This document shows, piece by piece, positions 1 through 9,970 of a stretch of 64,000 nucleotides of DNA (its first letter is position 1; every line of letters begins with the position of its first letter). Made by a program: the position numbers and the translations under genes. Source of the DNA: an uncultured Chloroflexia bacterium (GTDB lineage Bacteria > Chloroflexota > Limnocylindria > Limnocylindrales > CSP1-4); the NCBI GenBank assembly GCA_963804575.1, contig CAWDQY010000007.1:144411-208410 (forward strand), in the 5' to 3' direction. The notes under the pieces are model-generated. The model did no database searches. It was not told the origin of the DNA and worked only from the letters and a program-made list of their open reading frames with translations.

Positions 1-1262
1 CCGCGGGCGAGATGAAGCTGGCCGCGGAGTCATTGCTCGATGACAACGCGCTCCCCTGCGTCACCGGGCGCGTCTGCCCGCAGGAGACGCAGTGCGAAGG
101 CCTGTGCATCCGTGCCAAGAAGGGTGAGCCGGTGGCGGTGGGAGCGCTGGAGCGCTTCGTCGCCGACTGGGCGCTGGATCATCTCGACGAGCTCGACACG
201 AGGATCGATCCCGATACCGGTCGCCGCGTCGCCATCGTGGGCTCCGGGCCAGCCGGCCTGACCGCGGCCGGCGAGCTGGCCAGGTCGGGTCACAAGGTCA
301 CCATCTTCGAGGCCTTCCACGCCCCCGGTGGCGTGCTCATCTACGGCATCCCCGAGTTCCGCCTGCCCAAGGACATCGTGCAGCGGGAGGTCGAACGCCT
401 GAAGGCCCTGGGCGTGACCATCGAGGTCAATGCCATCGTGGGCAAGACCTGGACGCTTCGCGAGCTGCGCCAGAACTACGACGCCGTCTTCATCGCGGTC
501 GGCGCCGGCCTGCCGGTGTTCATGGGCATCCCGGGGGAGGATCTGAAGGGGGTCTACTCGGCCAACGAGTACCTGACCCGCGTGAACCTCATGGGCGCCT
601 TCCGCAAGGACACTGACACGCCCGTGCTGCAGGGCCAGCGGGTCGTCGTGGTCGGCGGTGGCAACGTGGCCATGGACGCGGTCCGCACCGCGCGGCGCAT
701 GGGCGCCAGGCAGGCCACCATCGTCTACCGTCGCGGCAAGGAGGAGCTGCCTGCCCGCGCCGAGGAGGTCCGTCATGCCGAGGAAGAGGGAGTGGCCTTC
801 GAGCTGATGGCCTCGCCGATCCGGATCGTCGGCAACGACGATGGCTGGGTCAGCGGCGTCGAGTGCCAGATGATGGCGCTGGCTGAGGCCGACGCCTCCG
901 GCCGCCGCCGCCCCTCCCCCATCCCCGGGTCCGAGTATGTCGTCGAGTGCGACATGGTCGTGGTGGCCATCGGCACGCGCAGCAATCCGATGCTCACGTC
1001 GTCCGAGCCCGACCTCAAGATCAACGAGTGGGGCTACCTCGTCGTCGACGACAACGGCATGACCAGCGTGCCGGGCATCTTCGCCGGTGGCGACATCGTG
1101 CGCGGCGCGGCCACGGTCATCCTGGCCATGGGCGACGGCAAGCGGGCGGCACGCGCCATCGAGCGCTACCTCGACTCCGTCGCCGAGCTGCTGCCGGGCG
1201 CGGCAGCCAGGGCCAGGCTGGCCAGCGGCGCCGCCGAGGTGGACGCCAGCGCCCGCAGCTGA
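1..1262 (+). CDS. Glutamate synthase small (beta) subunit-like FAD/NAD(P)-dependent oxidoreductase (GltD/PydA family), 5'-truncated by the window edge
   Basis: ORF 12..1262 aligns from the 'CGRVCPQExxCEGxC' Fe-S region through 'VAIVGSGPAGLTAA' and the C-terminal 'IFAGGDIVRGAATV'. About 75 N-terminal residues of GltD-type proteins are missing, so the Met at 12 is internal. Confidence 0.75.
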   Translation, partial: AGEMKLAAESLLDDNALPCVTGRVCPQETQCEGLCIRAKKGEPVAVGALERFVADWALDHLDELDTRIDPDTGRRVAIVGSGPAGLTAAGELARSGHKVTIFEAFHAPGGVLIYGIPEFRLPKDIVQREVERLKALGVTIEVNAIVGKTWTLRELRQNYDAVFIAVGAGLPVFMGIPGEDLKGVYSANEYLTRVNLMGAFRKDTDTPVLQGQRVVVVGGGNVAMDAVRTARRMGARQATIVYRRGKEELPARAEEVRHAEEEGVAFELMASPIRIVGNDDGWVSGVECQMMALAEADASGRRRPSPIPGSEYVVECDMVVVAIGTRSNPMLTSSEPDLKINEWGYLVVDDNGMTSVPGIFAGGDIVRGAATVILAMGDGKRAARAIERYLDSVAELLPGAAARARLASGAAEVDASARS

Positions 1263-1288
1263 CGCTCGCTGCGGGTGACCGTGGTGGT

Positions 1289-2719
1289 CTACGCCCCCCG
1301 CGCTGCCTCCATGCGATCGAGGATGAGTCGCTTGACGTTCTCGAGCGGCACGCGCTCCTGGGCCATGCTGTCGCGGTCACGCACGGTGACGGCGCCGTCC
1401 TCCAGCGAGTCGACGTCGACCGTGACGCACCACGGTGTGCCGATCTCGTCCTGGCGGCGGTAGAGCTTGCCGATGGCCGCGGTGTCGTCGTAGACCGTCA
1501 TGACGTCCTTCTTCAGGTCCGCCTTGATGCGGTGGCAGAGCTCCACGATCTCCGGTCGCTTCTTCAGCAGCGGCAGCACCGCCACCTTGTAGGGCGCCAG
1601 GTCGGGATGCAGCCTGAGCACCACGCGGGTGCCCTTCTCCAGCTCCTCCTCGCGGTAGGCATCGATGAGGAAGGTGAAGGCCGCGCGGTCGGCGCCGGCC
1701 GCCGTCTCCACGACCCACGGGATGAAGTGCTCCTCCGAGGCCGGATCGAAGTACTCGAGGTTCTGGCCCGAAGCCCTGGCGTGGCTACCGAGGTCGAAGT
1801 CGCCCCGGTTGTGCACGCCCTCGAGCTCCTTCCAGCCGAAGGGGAAGCGGTACTCCACGTCGATGGCCTTCTTGGCGTAGTGCGCCAGCTCGTCGGCGGC
1901 GTGCTCGCGGAAGCGCAGGCGCGCGGGGCTGACACCGTAGCGCTCGTACCAGGCCCGCCGTGCGGGCAGCCACTCCTCGAAGGCCGCGGCCGCGGCGTCG
2001 CCCGGGCGCACGAAGTACTGCATCTCCATCTGCTCGAACTCGCGCATGCGGAAGACGAAGTTGCCGGGGCTGATCTCGTTGCGGAAGGACTTGCCGATCT
2101 GGGCGATGCCGAAGGGCACCTTCTTGCGGCTCGACTGCTGCACGGACTTGAAGTTGACGTACGAGCCCTGCGCGGTCTCGGGGCGCAGGTAGATGACCGC
2201 ACCCTCGTCCTCGACCGGGCCCATGTGCGTCCTGAACATGAGGTTGAAGCGGCGCGGGGCGGACAGCGGGCCACCTTCGACGGGGCACACCAGGCCCAGC
2301 TGCTCGACGATGGTCTCGTCCTGCAGCTGGGACGCCGACAGGCTCTCCGCGCCGGGCAGCTCGTCGAGCCGGTAGCGGCGGTGGCAGGTGTCGCACTCGA
2401 CGAGTGGGTCGGAGAAGGAGCCCACGTGGCCGGAGGTGACCCAGACCTGCGGGTGCATGAGGATGCCGGCATCGAGACCGACGATGTCATCTCGCTCCTG
2501 CACCATCGCGCGCCACCAGGCGCGCTTGACGTTGTTCTTGAGCTCCACGCCGAGAGGGCCGTAATCCCACACCGCGTTGATCCCGCCGTAGATCTCCGAC
2601 GACGGATAGACGAACCCGCGGCGCTTGGCCAGCGAGACGATGGTGTCGAGCTTGTCGACGGCGGGCCCGGCATCGGGCTGCTCGGCGGCGGACGTGGGGC
2701 TAGAGGGCTGGTCGGTCAC
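1289..2719 (-). CDS. glyQS: Glycine--tRNA ligase (dimeric class II GlyRS)
   Basis: 476 aa. N-terminus 'IVSLAKRRGFVYPSSEIYGGINAVWDYGPLGVELKNNV' and the rest match alpha2-type GlyRS over the full length. GC3 is high. Confidence 0.9.
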   Translation of the reverse strand: MTDQPSSPTSAAEQPDAGPAVDKLDTIVSLAKRRGFVYPSSEIYGGINAVWDYGPLGVELKNNVKRAWWRAMVQERDDIVGLDAGILMHPQVWVTSGHVGSFSDPLVECDTCHRRYRLDELPGAESLSASQLQDETIVEQLGLVCPVEGGPLSAPRRFNLMFRTHMGPVEDEGAVIYLRPETAQGSYVNFKSVQQSSRKKVPFGIAQIGKSFRNEISPGNFVFRMREFEQMEMQYFVRPGDAAAAAFEEWLPARRAWYERYGVSPARLRFREHAADELAHYAKKAIDVEYRFPFGWKELEGVHNRGDFDLGSHARASGQNLEYFDPASEEHFIPWVVETAAGADRAAFTFLIDAYREEELEKGTRVVLRLHPDLAPYKVAVLPLLKKRPEIVELCHRIKADLKKDVMTVYDDTAAIGKLYRRQDEIGTPWCVTVDVDSLEDGAVTVRDRDSMAQERVPLENVKRLILDRMEAARGA

Positions 2720-2884
2720 GGTTCGGGGCTCCTGGTGGGCGGCGCCGGCGATGGCAGAGCCGGTGCTGGCTATCGATTGTGGCAGAAATGGGACGCCCGG
2801 CCGCGGTGGGGCGCGACGCGGAGCGGGGCGGCGATGTCGGCTGCTAGCGCCCCGGCGATGTCGGCTGCGAGCGGGCCGCCCCGC

Positions 2885-3710
2885 TCAGCCCCCCGGGCGA
2901 GGCGGACGCCGCACCTCGTCGACGAAACCCAGGGAACGAGCTTCGCGCTCGAGGACGTGGCGGGTGTAGCGGCGCATGGCCGATTCCACCTCGGCCTCGA
3001 CCGACGGGGGCACGCGCAGGGCCGCCAGCGCCTCCACGTCGAAGCGGCGATAGGCTCGCAGCAGCTTGAGCGCATCGAGCGAGAGGCGCATCGATCTCGG
3101 CCGGTGGCGGTGGGTGGTCATCGCAGAGCACGCCTCCCAGCGCGGGTACCCAGCGGAAGCCATCGGTCTCCTCGAGCGTGCGGGCGCACTCGACGCAGCG
3201 ATCCAGCTCCGGGCGCACCCCCAGCGCATCGGCCAGGCCCGACTCGAACCAGCGCGCCACCCGGCCGGGGGCCATGCCGTCGTCAAGCAGCTGGCAGGCT
3301 CGACGCAGCAACCCGTAGACGGGATGCGCACCGGCGCGCTCCTCGACCGCGCGGTCGGAAAGCTCGCCCAGGTACCACGCCGTGGCGGTGGATTCGAGGC
3401 GGTCGCGCAGTCGCAGCCAGGCATGGGCCACGTCCACCTGCGTGATGACGTCCAGGTTGCGCCCACGCGCGAGCACCACGTCGAGCTCGGCGAACGGCTC
3501 GACGCTGCCCCCGATGCGGCTGCGAGGACGCCGCACGCCCTTGGCCACGGCGCGGATCTTGCCATCCTCCGGCGTGAGCAGCGTGACGATGCGATCGGCT
3601 TCACCCAGGTCGAAGTGGGCGAGGACGATGGCGCGGGTCTTGTAGGTCCGGGGACGGGGCACGCCAGCGAGCGTATCCGACGTGGGTGCCGTCTGTCGGC
3701 GAAACGTCAT
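2885..3710 (-). CDS. recO: DNA repair protein RecO, reading frame interrupted by a 1-nt indel near 3095-3115
   Basis: The N-terminal OB-fold and CxxC...C zinc motif ('LDRCVECARTLE...GGVLCDDHP') read in one frame from 3710. The conserved C-terminus ('RLSLDALKLLRAYRRFDVEALAAL...') reads in an adjacent frame and stops at 2885. The junction lies in 'ccaccgccaccggcc'. Confidence 0.8.
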
Positions 3711-3750
3711 CGGCGAATGTGCTACAGACGAGTATCATGACGCCGTGTTG

Positions 3751-4767
3751 ACCCGTATCGACCTCGAGCGCCTGATCGCCGATACCGAGCACGAGATGCT
3801 CGGCGTGATCGCGCGGGCGGAGGATGAGCGCACGCGCGAGCTGTACTCGATGGTGCGATACCACATGGGCCTGGATAGCGACGCGCCCCGCGGCAAGCGC
3901 ATGCGCCCGCTGATCGGCCTGCTGGCCTACCAGTCGATCGCCGGCGACCATGCCAAGGCGCTGCCCGGTGCCGCCGCCGTGGAGATGGGCCACAACTTCA
4001 GCCTGGTGCACGATGACATCGAAGACCGGGGCACGGAGCGCCGCCATCGGCCGGCGCTGTGGATGGTCGCGGGCATGGCCCAGGCCATCAACACCGGCGA
4101 CACGCTCTTCACCTTGAGCCGCATGGCGCTCTACCGGCTGCTGGACGAGGGTTTCGATGAGGCGCGCGTGTTGCGCCTGATGCGCCTCTATGACGAGACT
4201 TGCCTGGCGCTGTGCGAAGGCCAGTTCATGGACATCTGGACATCCGAGCATGACGAGTGGATGTCGGTCGACTACTACTTCGACATGATCGGCCGCAAGA
4301 CCGCGTCGCTCATCGCCGGGTCGGCCGAGGCGGGCGCCATCCTGGCCAGCGACGATGAAGCCGTCATCGCCGCCTACCGACGCTTCGGTTGGTCGCTGGG
4401 CCTGGCCTTCCAGCTCAACGACGACCTGCTGGGGATCTGGGGCGACGAAGCCTCCACCGGCAAGGAGACGTCCGATATCGCCACGCGCAAGAAGACGCTG
4501 CCCTTGATCTACGCCCTCGCCGAGGCCACCGGTGCCGACGGTGAGCGCCTGCGGACCATCCTGGCCCAGTCAGGCAGCGAGCCCACGCTCGCGGAGGCCC
4601 AGGAGGTGCGAGCCATCCTGCGGCGGGTCGGCGCCGAGGAGTACACACGTCGCCGTGCACAGGAGTATCGCGACGACGCCCTCGCCCAGATCGCCTCGGT
4701 GGGCGTGGTCGATGCGGCCTCGGTAGAACGCCTGGGGGATGTCGTCCGCGCTGCCATCAGCGCCTGA
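3751..4767 (+). CDS. Polyprenyl diphosphate synthase (trans-isoprenyl diphosphate synthase, GGPP-synthase family)
   Basis: First Asp-rich motif 'LVHDDIEDRG' (DDxxD) and second 'FQLNDDLLGIWGDEASTGKETSDIATRKKTLP' are present. The start was set at the GTG at 3751 because the ATG at 3682 would overlap the divergent recO start. Confidence 0.8.
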   Translation, partial: TRIDLERLIADTEHEMLGVIARAEDERTRELYSMVRYHMGLDSDAPRGKRMRPLIGLLAYQSIAGDHAKALPGAAAVEMGHNFSLVHDDIEDRGTERRHRPALWMVAGMAQAINTGDTLFTLSRMALYRLLDEGFDEARVLRLMRLYDETCLALCEGQFMDIWTSEHDEWMSVDYYFDMIGRKTASLIAGSAEAGAILASDDEAVIAAYRRFGWSLGLAFQLNDDLLGIWGDEASTGKETSDIATRKKTLPLIYALAEATGADGERLRTILAQSGSEPTLAEAQEVRAILRRVGAEEYTRRRAQEYRDDALAQIASVGVVDAASVERLGDVVRAAISA

Positions 4768-4768
4768 C

Positions 4769-4782
4769 CTCGCCGGCGAGGC
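4769..4782. terminator. Candidate bidirectional hairpin between convergent genes (perfect palindrome cctcgcc/ggcgagg)
   Basis: Sits exactly between the polyprenyl synthase stop (4767) and the CNNM gene stop (4792). It is GC-rich and has no U-tract. Confidence 0.3.
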
Positions 4783-4791
4783 GGGCAGCGG

Positions 4792-6123
4792 CTAATCGTC
4801 AGCGTCCCGGTCGCCATCATCGTCCGGCGGCGTGTAGACCACGTGGACGGTGCGGACACGACGGCCGTCGGTCGACTCCACGGTGAGCTTCAGGCCATCG
4901 ACCTCGACGGTGTCGCCCACCTCTGGCACGCCACCGATGTGGTGGTAGACGAGTCCGCCGACGGTGTCGAACTCCGCCTGGTCATCGCCGTCGAGCGAGG
5001 TGCCGAAGTGCTCCAGCATGTCGTCCACGTCGGCCCGGCCATCGATGCGCGCCTCGACGTCGCCCAGCGGGACGATCATGGGCTCCTCCTCGTCGTACTC
5101 GTCCTGGATCTCGCCCACGATCTCCTCGAGCAGGTCCTCGATGGTGATGAGGCCGGCCGTGCCACCGTGCTCATCGAGCACGACGGCGATGTGAACGCGT
5201 CGGCGCTGCAGGCTTCGCAGCAGGTCGTCCACCAGCATCGACTCGGGTACGAACAGGGGCGTGCGCAGGAGCCGGCGGATCGACGGTGGCCGGTCGTCGC
5301 CGACGAGGTACGGCAGCAGGTCCTTGGCATAGAGCATGCCGATGATGTTGTCGATGTTGTCTTCGTAGACCGGGATGCGCGAGTGGCCCTCGCTGACGAT
5401 GGTCTCGACGATCTCGCCCAATGCGGCGTCGACCGCCAGCGTGACCATGTCCACGCGGGCGACCATCACCTCGTGGGCACGCTGGTCGCCGAGCTCCAGC
5501 ACCGCCCCGATCATCTGCTCCTCCTCGGCTTCGATGGTGCCCTGCTCGGTGCCGCGCTCCACGAGGATGCGCAGCTCCTCGCTGGTGATGGCCTCATCGT
5601 TCATGTCGCGCACGCCGAGCAGGCGCGTCACCAGGTGGGTGGTGCTGGTCAGCAGCCACACCAACGGGGAGAGGATGACACCGAGCACCTCCACGGGGCG
5701 AGCCAGGGCGAGCGAGTAGCGCTCGGCGTGGGCCAGGGCGAGCGTCTTCGGCACCAGCTCGCCGAAGACGATGGTGACGAGGCTGACGACGAGGGTCACC
5801 ACGAGGAGCGCGAGGACATCGGCCGAGGTCGTGAGGGGGCCGATCTTGCGGAACGAATCGGCCAGCTCACCGGCGATGCTGGCACCGGCGAACGCGGCGG
5901 CAAGGAAGCCGATGAAGGTGATGCCCAGCTGGATGGTGGCCAGCAGGCGGCCGGGTCGTTCGATCATGCGCCCCACTCGCCTGGCCCGCCGGTCACCCTC
6001 GTCGGTGAGCTGGCGGATGCGGCTGCGGCGCACGGTGACGAGTGCGATCTCGGCCGCCACGAAGACGGCGTTGACCGCGATCAGCAGGGCGATGACGAGG
6101 ACCTCGACGACGGAGCTGCCCAT
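4792..6123 (-). CDS. CNNM/CorC-family transporter (DUF21 transmembrane domain + CBS pair + CorC_HlyC domain; 'hemolysin-like' Mg/Co efflux family)
   Basis: 443 aa. The N-terminal hydrophobic DUF21 region 'VLVIALLIAVNAVFVAAEIALV' and the domain order are typical. Its start overlaps the glmU stop by 1 nt (TGATG). Confidence 0.85.
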   Translation of the reverse strand: MGSSVVEVLVIALLIAVNAVFVAAEIALVTVRRSRIRQLTDEGDRRARRVGRMIERPGRLLATIQLGITFIGFLAAAFAGASIAGELADSFRKIGPLTTSADVLALLVVTLVVSLVTIVFGELVPKTLALAHAERYSLALARPVEVLGVILSPLVWLLTSTTHLVTRLLGVRDMNDEAITSEELRILVERGTEQGTIEAEEEQMIGAVLELGDQRAHEVMVARVDMVTLAVDAALGEIVETIVSEGHSRIPVYEDNIDNIIGMLYAKDLLPYLVGDDRPPSIRRLLRTPLFVPESMLVDDLLRSLQRRRVHIAVVLDEHGGTAGLITIEDLLEEIVGEIQDEYDEEEPMIVPLGDVEARIDGRADVDDMLEHFGTSLDGDDQAEFDTVGGLVYHHIGGVPEVGDTVEVDGLKLTVESTDGRRVRTVHVVYTPPDDDGDRDADD

Positions 6124-7523
6124 CAGCGTTCGGGAGCATCCTCCGGGCGGACCGAGTCGGGCGACGGGTGCAGCTTGCGGACGTACGGCCGAGCCGGTAC
6201 GCCCAGCACCACTTCGCCGTCGGGCACGTCGCGCGTGACCAGCGAGGCGGCCCCGGTGAAGGCGCCCTCGCCGATGCTCACGGGGGCCCGCATGATGGTG
6301 TCGGAGCCGATGAAGGCGCCGTTGCCGATGTGCGTGCGATGCTTGTGCACCCCGTCGTAGTTGGCGGTGATGGAGCCCGCACCGATGTTCACGCGCTCGC
6401 CCACGTCGGCATCACCGAGGTAGCTGAAGTGGTGGCTCTTGGTGCCGGCGCCGATGTGGCTGTTCTTCACCTCGGCATAGTTGCCCAGCTCGACATGGGG
6501 GCCGATGTGGGCGTCCTTGCGCACGTGCGAGAAGGGGCCGATGGTCACGTCTGACTCGACGACCGAGCCCTCCAGCACGCTGGCCCACACCACGGTGCGC
6601 TCGCCGATGCGCGTGTCGGAGATCTGCGAGCCGGCGCGGATGACGGCATCGCGTTCGATGACCGTGTCGCCACGCAGGATGACGCCGGGCTCGAGGGTGA
6701 CATCGGCGGCGATCTGGACCGTGGCATCGATGAAGGTGCTGGCCGGGTCCTGCATCGTCACGCCGGCGCGCATGTGCGCCTCGTTGATGCGCAGGCGCAT
6801 CTCCAGCTCGGCGTCGGCCAGCTGCACGCGGTCGTTGATGCCCAGCAGGGTGCCGTCGTCCTCGACCTCCAGGGTAGCCACCGGCCGGTCGTCCGCTCGG
6901 GCCAGCGGGATGAGCTCGGGCAGGTACAGCTCGCCCGTCACCGGGGAGGGCACGATGTCGCCGATGCGGGTTCGCAGCCAGTCGACATCGAAGGCGTACA
7001 GGCCGGCGTTGATCTCATCGATGGCAAGCTCGTCGGGCGTCGCGTCCTTGTGCTCGACGACACGGGCGATGCGCCCATCACGGCCACGCACGACGCGGCC
7101 GAGCGCCGCGGGATCGTCCATGTCCACGCTGATGAGAGCGATGGCCGCATCGTTGTCGCGACGGGCGTCGGCCAGCTCCGCCAGCAGGGAGGCGAGCCAC
7201 GAGCGGCACGTCGCCACTCAGCACGAGGATCTCGCGGACCTCGTCGGACAGCACCAGGAGCGCAGCGGAGATCGCGTCGGCGGTGCCGAGCGGCTCGGCC
7301 TGCAGCGCGAAGTCGGCGTCCTCGGCGAAGACATCGGCGATGGCCGCGACCGGCGGGCTGATGACCACGAGCGGCCTGGTCCCGGTGGCCGCGACAGCCG
7401 CGTCAAGGACGTAGGCCAGCATGGGCCGGCCACAGACGGGGTGCAACACCTTCGGCGTCATCGAGCGCATACGCGTGCCGAGCCCCGCAGCCATCACGAC
7501 CGCGGTGAGATGCTGGCGATGGT
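6123..7523 (-). CDS. glmU: Bifunctional UDP-N-acetylglucosamine pyrophosphorylase / glucosamine-1-phosphate N-acetyltransferase GlmU, frame interrupted near 7195-7210
   Basis: The N-terminal uridyltransferase part ('[14 protein letters not shown]...[10 protein letters not shown]') is in frame A (ORF 7078..7617). The rest ('[10 protein letters not shown]...GRVVRG...VVEHKDA' plus the left-handed beta-helix hexapeptide repeats) is in frame B (ORF 6123..7217). The start was guessed at the GTG at 7523. Confidence 0.85.
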
Positions 7524-7701
7524 ATGTGTTCACGTGGCGGACGGACCGCCGCAAGGTGATGGAGGCTTGTCGGGCATCAGGTAGTTGGACTGTAGGGGCG
7601 TGTCCAGCACGTGTCAAACGGTTACTGCCCGGGATGCAGCTGACCCCGCCACACCGTGGCGGGGTCAGCTGGTCGGTCTGACGATGGACCGTCAGTCGCA
7701 G

Positions 7702-8507
7702 CTAGGGAGCCGCGATGCAGATGGCAAAGGCCTGCACCGTCCAGTTGCCTGCCGGGTTGAGCCAGGTCACGTCCTCACGCACGGTCACGGACCAGGTGTC
7801 GCCATCGCTGGGCCAGTTCGAGGTGACGTTCAGCTTGGATGCGTCGTCGGCCGCGACCAGGATGTAGCCGCCTCCGATCACGTTCTTGCCGGCGGTGCAG
7901 TTCGCGACCGCGGTCTTGGGACTGCTGGTGTTGCTCGCGCTCACGGCACCAACCACACGCTCCCAACCGCTGACGCCGTCGGCGCCATCATCGCCATCGG
8001 GCCGGCAGGGCCGGCGGGGCCGGCTGGGCGCCGTCAGCGCCGGCAGGACCGGCGGGGCCTTCGGGACCGGCGGGACCCGTCAGGGCCGGCGGGACCTTCG
8101 GGGCCTTCGGCGCCGTCGGCGCCGGCAGGACCGGCGGGGCCTTCGGGGCCCTGGGCGCCATCGTCACCCGGGTTGCCCTTGGGACCCTCGGCACCGGCAG
8201 GACCGGCGGGACCCTCGGGGCCAGGGATGCCACTGGCCTCACCGGGGTCACCCTTGGGACCCTGGGGACCCATGGGGCCCTGTTCTCCACCGTTGCGGGC
8301 CCAGTGCACCGGGGTCGAGCCCGCCGGGCACTTGGCGTCGGGGTTCTGGACCGCCTTGACGTACGTCCCGCTCCCCTCCTTGATGCAGGCATGGATCAGG
8401 CTGTCGCCACCCTTGCCGGCATGCGCCAGGACGCCGGCGGCAGGCGCGACCGCGACCAGCATGGCGACACTGGCGACGACGGCGCCAACTCCTGTGATCT
8501 TCCGCAT
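7702..8507 (-). CDS. Secreted collagen-like (Gly-X-Y triple-helix repeat) protein with Cys-containing N- and C-terminal domains; reading frame broken at least twice inside the repeat
   Basis: A signal peptide '[28 protein letters not shown]' starts at the ATG at 8507. It is followed by an N-domain with two Cys and about 40 Gly-X-Y triplets ('[35 protein letters not shown]...'). Around 8030-8080 the Gly phase moves through all three frames. A C-terminal globular domain ('[38 protein letters not shown]...[10 protein letters not shown]') follows in a third frame and ends at 7702. Confidence 0.6.
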
Positions 8508-8861
8508 AGACTCGTGGACCTCACTACGGGCACCGGTCATCGAGCTGAGACGCCGATGTTTCGGGCAGGCTTGGGCAGGAGTCACTCCTGGCCAACAGCC
8601 CGCATCAAATCAGTCGCACAGATGGTGATATATAGCCGGTTCGGTGCACAGAGACGGTCGAGGCGAGCCGCCACGGTACCGCCCCCGGATCGACTGTCGG
8701 ACTCTCAGCAGCCCGATGGTCCTGTTGCAGCCGGCTGTCGCCGCCAGCGCCAACGGCTCGCATCGAGGAGCGCGGACGAGGGGCGGGCCACCGTCCCTCC
8801 GCTCAGATGCATGTGCTGCGACCCCGCTCCTCGAAACGTTGGGCCTCAGGTGGGCGGCTGT

Positions 8862-9902
8862 GCTAGACGGATCGACGGCTGGCCGTGGGTCGGCGAGGTC
8901 CACGGTCCCCGCCAGGACGTCTTCGCGGAGGATGCGCAGCATTCGCCCGGGTTCCTCGAACAGCGGGCTGTGTGCGGAGTGAGCGAAGGTGTAGAAGCCG
9001 GCCAGGGGAGCCTGCAACGACGTGGCGTACTGCCTGGCCAGCTGGTAGGAGACCGTATGGTCGTGGACGCCGTGAAGGAGATACGCCGGCAGTTCAAGAC
9101 GGGTCACCTGCTGGGTCACGTCGGTGGCCTGCATGCGGTCCCACAGGCCGGACCGTCGCGAGAAGCGCTTGCCGCGCCAGAGATCCAGCTTCTCGCGAAG
9201 CGTGTACTCGGGGGCTATCAGCGACGGCAAGAAGAGGCCAGTGACGACCGACCGCATCTGTCGCGTGGTGCCGACTCCGAGGCCATGCATGGCCTTGTCC
9301 CGCAACGCCTCGTACACAGGCGGCAGCGGAACGGTCAAGGGCAACGGCACGCTCTCCAGCCGCCTCACCATGCGCCGGTCGCCGCGCTCCCGGTAGCGCC
9401 GGAGCATGTACTCGTAGCTCAATCGCTCCGACCGGATCTGGTGCGTGATCTGGGCGACGCCGATGTAGGCGCAGAACCGGGAAGGCTCCTGAGCAGCCAG
9501 CTGGATGCCCAGGTACGATCCCCAGGAGTGGCCCATGAGGTAGATCCTCTGCTGGGCGAAACGACGGCGCAGGTAGTCGGTGACCTCGACGGCGTCAGCG
9601 ATGAAGTGCTCGAGCGTCATCGTCTCGGGCGGGATGTCAGGCCGGTACGAGATGGCTGTACCCCGCTGCTCCCACCATGCCACGGTGAAGTGTCGCTCGA
9701 GACCGGTCGGGTAACGCCGATCCAGCCAGAACGCCGGCATCCCGGGACCACCGTGCAGGAAGAGCAGGACGGGATTGGCCGAGTCACGGCTCTGGATGAA
9801 CATCCCCTGCTCCAGGCCGTTGATGAAGACGCGCAACTTCTCCAGGCGGTGCCCGCGCGCCTGCGCCCGGTTCCGCTCGACGTGCCGGCTGTCGAAGCGC
9901 AA
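8862..9902 (-). CDS. Alpha/beta-hydrolase, proline iminopeptidase (prolyl aminopeptidase, S33) family
   Basis: 'NPVLLFLHGGPGMPAF' and the nucleophile elbow 'GHSWGS' are present. The ORF runs on to 8610 without a stop, but GC3 collapses after about 8890 ('...VDLADP'), so the true 3' end is probably near 8860-8890, likely via another indel. The end coordinate is approximate. Confidence 0.7.
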
Positions 9903-9970
9903 GCCGATGCCGTGCCGTTCAGCGCGCTGCCCACCACGGGGTCCAGCAGCCCAGCAGGTGGTCGCGTACC

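Noticed and set aside
947-3445. 832-aa ORF on the plus strand
   Set aside because: It is antisense to glyQS and recO. Its composition is low-complexity and rich in Arg, Gly, Pro and Ala, and it has no coding GC3 pattern. Long open frames of this kind are expected at ~70% GC.
3751-4767. Second Asp-rich motif of the polyprenyl synthase reads DDLLG, not DDxxD
   Set aside because: To my recollection the 'FQLxDDLLGxxGD...GK' form is typical of actinobacterial Ids-type GGPP synthases, so I do not treat it as an active-site anomaly. This is based on recall and has not been checked.
7585-8628. 347-aa plus-strand ORF containing [10 protein letters not shown] repeats
   Set aside because: It is the mirror image of the minus-strand collagen-like gene. 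GGN CCN GCN repeats read as Gly-Pro-Ala on both strands. The minus strand carries the signal peptide and the C-terminal domain.
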